DNA of 64,000 bases from NCBI RefSeq assembly GCF_001194135.2, contig NC_068994.1, positions 1,315,767-1,379,766 of the forward strand, given 5' to 3'. This DNA comes from Octopus bimaculoides (lineage: Eukaryota). The notes beneath the pieces were generated by a model. It had not been told where the DNA came from. It did no database searches and saw only the letters and a list, made by a program, of their open reading frames with translations. Each line of letters starts with the position of its first letter. The first letter of the stretch is position 1. A program made the position numbers and the translations under genes. Positions 54,773 to 64,000 of this stretch are shown piece by piece.

Positions 54773-54913
54773 GACTGTTTGACCCTCTATCATACCTACC
54801 AACTGTTATTCCAGTGAAGGAATCTCCACAGGGTCATCTGAGGGAATGTTGTGATTTTGGTCTCTCATATGCTGAAGAAACTGAGTTTGGTTTTGTAACT
54901 GCAACACATAAAC
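54773..54913 (+). CDS. Candidate internal coding exon (141 nt, phase 1-1), product unknown
   Basis: ttatattttcag| ... |gtaaga, with open frame GLFDPLSYLPTVIPVKESPQGHLRECCDFGLSYAEETEFGFVTATHK. No family recognised. Confidence 0.3.
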
Positions 54914-55024
54914 GTAAGATTTCAGTTGTGTCTCCCATTGTGTTCCATAGTGAAGGTTGCTTCAGGTGTAACACTCCAACACACAGATATCATGATGTAG
55001 AAGAAATCATCATCATCATTATTA

Positions 55025-55170
55025 TTATTGAAGCCGTTGCAGAGTATCCAATATTGTGCTGTTGTAGATTGAAGATTTTGTGTTGTGGGGATTTGTGCCA
55101 CCTGTCAAGTCACAACGAGGACCTCAGACAGTCAGTACTTTATGCAGTATGCATACAGTTCCAAGTATTA
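55025..55170 (-). mobile_element. Dong-like LINE 3' terminus with (TAA)n tail
   Basis: The minus strand reads LGTVCILHKVL*, then a short UTR and aataataataat. Confidence 0.55.
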
Positions 55171-57079
55171 TAATCATTCATCATCATCATCGTTTAACGT
55201 CTGCTTTCCATGCTGGCATGGGTTGAACGATTTGACTGAGGACTAGTAAAAAAGAAGGCTGCACCAAGCCCCAATCTGATCTGGCAGAGTTTCTACAGCT
55301 GGATGCCCTTCCTAACGCCAACCACTCTGACAGTGTAGTGGGTGCTTTTACGTGCCACCAGCACGAGGACCAGTCAGGTGGCTCTCGCAACGACCACACT
55401 CTAAAGGCGTTTTTTACATGCTACCTGCACGGAAGCCAGTCCGGCGGTATTGGCAACAATCACAACCGGATGTGCTTTTAACGTTCCACTGGCACGAGTG
55501 CCAATCAGGCGGTACTGTCATTGGCCATGTCAGCAATTTTGATTTTGATTTCCTCAATAGATCTTCACAAGCAAAGTTTATTGTCCAATACTGGCAGAGT
55601 AGTTAGCTTGGTGGGTTGGGTGATATGCTTAGCAGTATGTCATCTGTTGCTGTGCTCTGAGTTCAAATTCTGCTGAAGTCGATTTTGCCTTTCAGAGTTG
55701 ACAAATTAAGTATCAATAAAACATTAGGATCAGCGAAATCAACTAGTCCCCTTCCCCAAAATTTCAGGTCTTGCGCCTTTAGTTGAACGGATTATTACCA
55801 TTATTCAATAGTTTCATAGTTCTCACTCTAGTTTGTAAGTAGATAAGAAGTAACAGCTCACCTGGATAAGACACCACCCTAACACAGGTACCATTCCATA
55901 GATAATCGATGGTACCAAGTTATTCTTACATACAGCCATATGAGGTGAAGTAAGAGACAATAACGTCTTCTAATGTGCTTATAGCAGATTAGAATCCTTA
56001 ATCTATTGATATTTTAGTGACGGCGTTAATGGTTTGGTGTTGTGGTATCAAGGTGTTGTGTCTCTGGTTGTTGCAGACACTCTGAGAGTGGCGGCATCAA
56101 CAGGGGTGATGTTAGGGGTGAGGTGAGGTTAGTAAACACATCACATTCAGCCAATGAAGGGGACTCTATGGGGTTGCTTGAGCTGCAAGGAACCACAGCA
56201 CACACCCCTATATTGCATCATATCGATCACTACGCTCTTAATAAAGAGTGGGTACATTAGATACTGTAGTCCTGGATACACAAGGGCTAAATAGTAAGAG
56301 CTGGAATAGATCATATACCTTATTTCATCCAGACTGACCTGGGGTTAAATAACAACAACAATCTTGACATATTAAAGCAAGTGTTTTCTCCCAGCTCTTA
56401 TTACCCCTTTTGCTCTGCTATCCCAAATCTCCCACCACCACCACCATTCCACTAGAGACAACCTCTAGCAGACAGCAGGAACTTGGAAAGAAAGAATTTG
56501 TCAAAGACAAAAATCATTTATCCAGTTTTTAGAGGGGTGGGAGGTTGGGGTGGGGTGGGGAAAGGAGGGAGTTAATCCTTTAGGATTTACATGTTTTATC
56601 CTCAGTGTATTTCTTCTACTTTCAGAGTGTGTTTGATGAAGGGAAGTGTGTATATGTGTATGTATGTATGTATATATAAATGTGCACGTGTGTGTACATA
56701 CAAATAAACACACACGCACACACATATGCCAATATACATACATGTATATATTGTGTGTATATTTGTAACATGTCAATCACTTTAATCCAACAACTCTCTC
56801 ATGTTCTTGCTCTCTTTCTCTCTCCTCCTCACATAAATATATTACTTACAAACACACAGATTAATGTAGTTTTATTGATAGAATCAAGTCATACACTAAA
56901 GACATGTCGTGTTGATGTCCCATATACTAAACCATACATAGGGTTTCAATCCTAACCAACAGTTTTTGGTTAATCTTGACCCGGAAATGAAAATCTAAAA
57001 AATATACTGGAATGGGTGTAAAACAATGTGTAGTAAACGAATATGAAAAAAAAAAAAAAAGGAATGCAAAACAACGGGA

Positions 57080-57720
57080 GGGTAGGGAGAGGACTTCGGA
57101 AAATTCACAAGATCAGAACTTTTCCTTCTTAACTTTTAGGAAAATGGCGTTTTTTCCAACGAAATTTTATAGAAATACCTTTGAAATGGCATCTATTACG
57201 ATTATAAAGAAATTTGAGGGGAAAATCTTTTCCAAGAGGGTTGGAACAAGACTTCTCTCGTAACTTTTAGGAAAATGGGAGTTTTTTCAATGAAATTTTA
57301 TAGAAATACCTTTCAAATGGCATCTATTACAATTATAAAGAAATATGAGGGGAAAATATTTTCCAAAGGGATAGGAAGAGGACTTCGGAATATTCAGAAT
57401 ATCCAAGCTTTTCTCCGTAACTTTTAGTAAAATGGCGTTTTTTCCAACGAAATTTTATAGAAATACCTTCCAAACGGCATACATTTCGATTATAAAGAAA
57501 TTTGTGGGTTTCCGATTTTTCCCTCGTTATATTTCGAAACCCCATTCAACTTTCTACAGATACCCGAGAGTAGAACTATTACACTCCGTAGTGGTTTTTT
57601 CTACCCACTTTCAATAATTTTTAATGTTTTGGCTTCATTTTTGTTTCATTTTATCTTCAATTATTTTACGCTTTTTTAAACCTTTCCGTCGTTATTCTCA
57701 TTTATTTGTTATCACTTTCC
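57080..57720 (+). repeat. Left arm of large inverted repeat; outer part made of ~131-157-bp tandem units
   Basis: Reverse complement of ~59770-60615. The unit anchor aacttttag recurs at 57131, 57262 and 57419. Confidence 0.9.
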
Positions 57721-57783
57721 CCCCTCTTCCCCTCTCTCAATCTCCTCGCGACATCGACGAGAGTCTGTTGTTCTCCGCTCAAA

Positions 57784-57808
57784 ATGTCGGCGCTCAAAAT
57801 TGCTAAAG
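57784..57808 (+). CDS. Putative first coding exon (MSALKIAK, phase-1 donor)
   Basis: CpG-rich leader, caaaATG context and a consensus donor AAG|GTAAGT at 57809. Product not recognised. Confidence 0.55.
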
Positions 57809-58189
57809 GTAAGTGGAAACATTCGATGCCATTTGGAAACTGTTTTGCAGCTTAAGGCTCATATATCCCGAGAGATCTAGATATCCTGTCATTTCAGCAG
57901 GTATCTAAAAGATATTGTTTTAATACACTTTCACTTGTTTCAAACAAACACTAGCATGGTTTTTCTTTTTTTGTTGTCCAGACTTCGTTACCAGTAATTT
58001 TTATAACTTCAGCATTCGTTTATTATTCTTTTCAAACTCCTTTCATTTTTCAAGGTAATCCACACTCAAGGAAAGGTATTTCTGCCAAATGTCATCTTAA
58101 AATATGTGTAAAGAAAGGGGGCTGATGCGGTTTCGCAGCACCTCACCTTCCTTCAAAATTGCATTTTTAAAAAAAAGATTTCTTCGGAA

Positions 58190-59269
58190 ACATATCTGGG
58201 TGGACATTGGAATTAGACACTGAGGGAAAATGGCTGTAACTTTTTTATTTTTTTGTTTTGGCGATTTTCGTTTTCGATAATATGTTCTACATGTCACGGT
58301 CATGCGATTCCCCCTAAAAAAAATTTTGGACCAACACCCCACACCCTCACACACGAGGGGGGGGGGCGGTTTGGCGATTTTCATTTTTGACATTGTGTTC
58401 TACATGTCCAGGTCGTACGAATAGCCTTCTCGCAACTTAGATGTGAAAATGAACGGCTCAAAAAGGATTACATGTGGAGTCCCCACCACGAAACTTGATA
58501 TGCTAGAAATAACAGCTAAACGCGGACAATCCAAATCTTGCATTGGTCCAGATGGACTATATGTAATCTGAACCTTTCTCCCCCTTATTTACNNNNNNNN
58601 NNNNNNNNNNNNNNNNNNNNNNNNNNNNNNNNNNNNNNNNNNNNNNNNNNNNNNNNNNNNNNNNNNATGTTCTACATGTCACGGTCATGCGATTCCCCCT
58701 AAAAAAAATTTTGGACCAACACCCCACACCCTCACACACGAGGGGGGGGGGCGGTTTGGCGATTTTCATTTTTGACATTGTGTTCTACATGTCCAGGTCG
58801 TACGAATAGCCTTCTCGCAACTTAGATGTGAAAATGAACGGCTCAAAAAGGATTACATGTGGAGTCCCCACCACGAAACTTGATATGCTAGAAATAACAG
58901 CTAAACGCGGACAATCCAAATCTTGCATTGGTCCAGATGGACTATATGTAATCTGAACCTTTCTCCCCCTTATTTACGTGGGATTCCGTAAAAAAAAAAT
59001 TAAATAAGGGGAGTTAGGGTTAGGGTTAGGGTACGACCGGGACATGTGGAACACAATGTCAAAAATGAAAATCGCCTAAATAAAATAATAAATACCCCCC
59101 CCCCCGTGTGTGGGGGTGGGGGGAGTTGGGTCCAAAATTTTTTTAGGGGGAATCGCATGACCGTGACATGTAAAACACATTATCGAAAACGAAAATCGCC
59201 AAAATTAAAAAATAAAAAAGTTACAGCCATTTTCCCTCAGTGTCTAATTCCAATGTCCACCCATATCTG
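58190..59269. mobile_element. Inner inverted-repeat element (~230-bp arms at ~58190-58418 and 59031-59269)
   Basis: tgggtggacattggaattagacactgagggaaaatggctg... pairs with ...cagccattttccctcagtgtctaattccaatgtccaccca. The interior has a direct duplication across an N gap and (TTAGGG)3 at 59014-59031. Confidence 0.8.
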
Positions 59270-59283
59270 TACATATATATAAG

Positions 59284-59712
59284 GGTAATCTTCCAGTTTC
59301 GAGTGGTTAAAAAAGTAAATAAAATACAAGGGAAATAACTGAACATCTTACCAGTTTTATCCGTACTACTTTGTTTATAAATAAATCACGTGATTTGATT
59401 GGCGTTAACTGTTTATATGTAAATCACACACGTGATTGAATATCATAGTCTCTTACGAGAAATCGAAAATGCCTCGTGGAAGACCGGCTGCACAACATCT
59501 TATTGTTGCTGAAAACAATAAGATGTTGGAAAATTTTAAACTTTAATAAAAAAAAATTTCGTCACATGCTGTTAGATTCTTTTCTGCCTGTTAAAATTCC
59601 GTCGCATGCTGTTTTAGAGAAAAAGTAGTACGGATAATACTGGTAAGTGGTTCCGTTATTTCCCTTGAATATTTTTATTTATTTCTTTTAATCTCGAAAC
59701 TGGAAGATTACC
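59284..59712. mobile_element. MITE with ~95-bp TIRs (GGTAATCTTCCAGTTTCGAG...)
   Basis: The terminal 20 bp are perfectly inverted and the homology continues inward to ...ccgtactact / agtagtacgg. It is flanked by TA-rich sequence. Confidence 0.85.
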
Positions 59713-59769
59713 GATATATATATATATATATCCCCATATATATATACAGACAGATAGATAGAGAGAGAG

Positions 59770-60615
59770 AAGGTAATAACAAGTGAATGAAAATAACGAC
59801 GGAAAGGTTAAAAAAAAAGCGTAAAAATAATTGAAGATAAAATGAAACAAAAATGAAGCCAAAACATTAAAAATTATTGAAAGTGGGTAGAAAAAAACAC
59901 TACGGAGTGTAATAGTTCTGCTCTCGGGTATCTGTAGAAAGATGAATGAGGTTTCGAAATATAACGAGGAAACATTCGAAATTCCATAATTTTCTTTATA
60001 ATCGTAATACATGCCATTTGAAAAGTATTTCTATAAAATTTCATTGAAAAAACTCCCATTTTCCTAAAAGTTATGAGAGAAGTCTTGTTCCTACCCTCTT
60101 GGAAAATATTTTCCCCTCAAATTTCTTTATAGTCGTAATATATGCCATTTGAAAGGCATTTCTATAAAATTTCGTTGAAAAAAAATCCCATTTTCCCTAA
60201 AAGTTACGAGAGAAGTCTTGTTCCTACCCTCTTGGAAAATATTTTCCCCTCAAATTTCTTTATAATCGTAATATATGCCATTTGAAAGGCATTTCTATAA
60301 AATTTCGTTNNNNNNNNNNCTAAAAGTTACGAGAGAAGTCTTGTTCCTACCCTCTTGGAAAATATTTTCCCCTCAAATTTCTTTATAATCGTAATATATG
60401 CCATTTGAAAGGCATTTCTATAAAATTTCGTTGGAAAAAAATCCCATTTTCCCTAAAAGTTACGAGAGAAGTCTTCTTCCTACCCTCTTGGAAAATATTT
60501 TCCCCTCAAATTTGTTTATAATTGTAATATATGCCATTTGAAAGGTATTTCTATAAAATTTCATTGAAAAAAAAAAAAAAACGCCATTTTCTTAAAAGTT
60601 ACAAAAGAAAAGCTA
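59770..60615 (-). repeat. Right arm of large inverted repeat; 133-bp tandem array on the outer side (about 4 full units plus a partial one, with one N gap)
   Basis: The anchor ctaaaagtta recurs at 60064, 60197, 60320 (after the gap) and 60453. The inner unique part is the reverse complement of ~57500-57720. Confidence 0.9.
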
Positions 60616-60685
60616 GCAAGATGTAAACGTTAACCCAACTTGGTTTTTTGCTACATCGTTTTGCCAAAGACATGCAGTTAATTGG

Positions 60686-61176
60686 TTGACATCCCTGGAA
60701 TAGGATGAGTGATCATGGCCAAACTGTCAATCGAGAGTTCTACTGTAATGTTTTGAAGTGTCTGAGGGAGGACATTTGATGAAAGCAACCATATCTGGGG
60801 AGAACATAGAACTGGACTCTTCATGACGACAATGCACCCTGTCACCGAGCTTTCCTTACTCGTGAGCTTCTCACCAGAAACAGCATAGTATCCCTTCCAC
60901 ACCCACCCCACTCACCAGATTGAGCACTTGTGGACTTCTGTCTCTTCTCCAAGATGAAAATGCAGCTCAAAAGTCACTGCTTTAAAACCATTATCAAAAT
61001 TAAGAGTGAATCACAGAAGGTTCTCGATTCACTTACAGAAAACGACTTCCAGGCTGGATTTCAAAGTGGCAAAAATACTGGAACTGGTGTATTGCTGCAC
61101 AAGGAATGGTGTTAAAATTTTGCTAAATAAGTTATTTTCTCTTTAGCATAACTTGTCTGGGAACTTTCTGATATGT
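60686..61176 (+). mobile_element. Mariner transposase pseudogene, C-terminal half plus right TIR
   Basis: Translation GQTVNREFYCNVLKCLRE...WTLHDDNAPCHRA...PHPPHSPD*ALVDFCLFSKMK...FQ.W contains the mariner H.DNAP and HPPYSPDLAP.DF motifs, with stops and frameshifts. Confidence 0.9.
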
Positions 61177-63319
61177 ATATGTATGTATTTAAAACATACA
61201 CAGTAATTGAAGTGTACAGTATCATATATCCATTCCGGTCAATCTTACCAATTGGTTTCGCAATCAGGGTTCAATGATCATTAGATTACAGTCCAATTAT
61301 GTAACCCTACACTCTTCAAAGGTAGCTGTTATGGAATGAAATATGGTGACTGCTTTATAATACACACATATATCATCATCATCACCATTGTTTGAAGTCT
61401 GTTCTCCATTGCTGGCATGGATTGGATGGTATAAGAGGTGGCAAGCTGGAGGGCTGCAGCAAGAGTTAGTTGTCTGCTTTAGCATGCTTTTTATGGTTGA
61501 TGCCCTCCCTAATGCCAACCACTTTACAGAGTGAACCAGGGTGTTTTTACGTGGCCCCACCACAGTTACTTTTTACATGGTGTTGGCACAAACATACATA
61601 TAAATATATCATCATCATCATCATCCTTTAACGTCTGCTTCCCATACTGGTATGAGTTATCTTGTCTCTAGCAAAGGTCATTAGGCCAATTAAAATTTAA
61701 ATACATGCATTGGTTCACATGCTTGTTGAAACACACAAATGTTATTGAACATCATGAAGGAGATAAACATGAAAATCTGCCAATACCAAAAAAAAAAAAA
61801 CGAAGAAGAAGCCTGCTTCATGAACCTAAGGATACCATCACACCACAGAAAAAATCAAGACTCATGGAACTAATTCAACAGGAATACCAATACACAAGCC
61901 ATGCCTGTGACAGACGGACAGACACTTTAGCAACAAGCTACAGTGGATGAGGCAACAGCAACAACCACAACATCATAGAAACAAGGACAAATATAGAAAC
62001 AACATCAAAGGAATTATGTTTGTCTGGAAACAACTGGACAACTTTGTGGGCTGCTGAAAGTGTCTCTGCATAAGGAGTTCAGGACACTCTTGTGATAACA
62101 GGAAGCACATTTAATCTTAAGTAGAGGGTTAAACCAAATGTGATATCTTTGATGGCTTTGTGACATGTATTGTATTTCTCATGGAAACCACTCTTTTAAG
62201 ACATTATTATAGCAGTGTGAAGCATTGTTAAAGACTTCTCCGTCAGATGAAACTCTGATTGTGTAGTGGCTGTTATTACAGACTGGATTTTTTGATACTA
62301 TGTGAAAGTGACTTGAAGTCTACATTATGCATGCATGTATTTACGTATGTAAATATTTACTCATACATAATACATACATGCAAACATACATGCATGCATA
62401 CATACATATATGTTTGAATGTGCGCATGTGTGATGCTTGTGTGTGTGTGTTTTGTGGGTGTTACAATCTCTCTCTCTCACTTTCTCTCTCTTTTTCTATC
62501 TTTCTAATTATGTATATTGCTGAAGTTGTTGTTGTAGTCAATGTAAACGTTGTTGCTTTTGTACTTTTTGTTGTACATACGGAATACAGAGTAAACGAGG
62601 TGATGTGAGCCAGGTTTTGTAATGAAGTGATCAATCCCCATCACTACCACCACCACTACCACCCTCATCATTGCCCCACACCACTACTACCACAAGCACC
62701 ACTGCCACTGCTACTCCCCCTCCACCCCACCACCACCAATCTTGCCACCATCACAAAACCACAGTCCCTGGTTAAAAGAACTTCATTGAAGAGATTTAAC
62801 AAAAACCTCATCAGACCAATCTCACCAGTTGGCACCAGTTCACAAAGCTATATAATCTCCATAATCAAAACTAATTACTATAGAACCATTCCAATTGAGT
62901 TTGAGTCTATTAACCTCAGGTGAACTAGTGAAGATCACGGCCAGCAACCATAAGTAAGACACACAGACAGAATGAATATTTGAATAAAATATCACAAGTT
63001 AGATTCAAACCGTTTCCAGAATATTTCAAAAGAGAGGAAAGGTTTTTCTGGCAAATTTTAATTTTATATTTGTGGGTATTTTTTTTACCTTAAAATCGTA
63101 TTTCTTCTTCTTCTGGTGACAGTGGTTGTTGTTGCTGAGAGGATCATGTTGGAATCATGTAGACCTGGGATTAACCCACATGACACAGTACCATGGGCCT
63201 CTGTCGACCAATACATTATGGGGAGAACTGGGTAGATGGAACCTGTCAGCACACAAATGTTGAAGAGGAAGAAGAATATGAAGAGTATGATGGTTTCATG
63301 GCACTGACCAGACTCTCAA

Positions 63320-63830
63320 ATGTTATACATCACTGATCACAATACACTTTTCAAACAAATATTCTCTCAGCCACCTATTGTAGGCTTTAGATGGAATATA
63401 AATATAAGAGAAGTATTAACCTCTACTTCTGACTCCAAGAAAACTAACATTGGAGCTTCTGAACGCAGCACCTTGAAAAACGGCCACAAGAGGGCTAAGT
63501 CTTGTTCATTGTGCAATAACATGTGTCAAGTGAATTCCATCATGAATCATAACAGAAATGTCATGAGTTATACTGAAGGTGAGACATGTAAAGATTCCCA
63601 TTTGTTATCTGCAACAGAATGCACCAAACACAACTTGATTTATATAAGTTGTACAACAGAACAATTAAACAAAAGGTTCAATGGGGGCACAGATATGACG
63701 TCAAGCACAAAAGCATAGTTCGAGAGAACTTGCTGAACATTTTACATCAAGTGGCTGCAATTTTGAGGAACACCTGAAAGTGCACATTTTCAGAAAATAT
63801 TTTGAGACTCTGCTACACTTTCAGTCCTCA
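63320..63830 (+). mobile_element. Penelope-like element remnant: GIY-YIG endonuclease region
   Basis: Translation IFSQPPIVGFRWNINIREVL...CSLCNNM...C.....LSATECTKHNLIYISCTTEQLNKRF matches the PLE linker (P..P.V.FRR..NL), the C..C motif and a decayed IY.I.C...YIG.T...L..R motif. It continues after a frameshift as ELAEHF. Confidence 0.75.
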
Positions 63831-64000
63831 TGATGCATGGGGACAAATATATTTGTGAATTGCTAATGTCACAACAAGGAATTTTCAGCTTGCATTATAT
63901 ATATTCTATTACCTTTACACAGAATAGTTTTCTCTTCTGAATGGATGAACCAAATAGTATTTACTCTATTCATATAAGAATATATATATGTGTGTATACT

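Noticed and set aside
56020-56260. GC-richer segment with possible splice sites
   Set aside because: Several frames are equally plausible, none is recognisable, and there is no support linking it to the 54773 candidate.
58282-58977. ~310-bp direct duplication (58282-58592 / 58667-58977)
   Set aside because: The copies look identical and are separated by an N gap, so this is most likely an unmerged contig overlap.

Overview
AT-rich, gap-riddled eukaryotic genomic DNA with many N runs, saturated with (TA)n/(CA)n/(CAT)n/(TAA)n microsatellites and decayed transposons. From recalled repeat families (tRNA-derived SINEs, the (CAT)n-CGTTTAACGTC-headed RTE-linked repeat, R4/Dong LINEs) it looks like octopus DNA; that is inference, not a database result. 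No complete protein-coding gene is visible, and nearly all ORFs in the track are microsatellite or N-gap artefacts. Recognisable coding remnants come from RTE and R4/Dong LINEs, mariner/Tc1 transposases and a Penelope-like GIY-YIG endonuclease. Two things stand out. (1) Several Penelope-type hammerhead-ribozyme motifs occur in different sequence families: a minimal one with a CUGUUGA core at 13441, a mirror-image pair with a long helix II inside an inverted repeat at 14981-15424, and decayed copies at 27615 and 49636. (2) A ~3.5 kb nested inverted-repeat structure at 57.1-60.6 kb has arms carrying ~132-bp tandem units. It encloses two further inverted-repeat elements and a CpG-rich, consensus-looking first coding exon (MSALKIAK, donor AG|GTAAGT). 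Element boundaries were read by eye and are approximate unless stated as exact.
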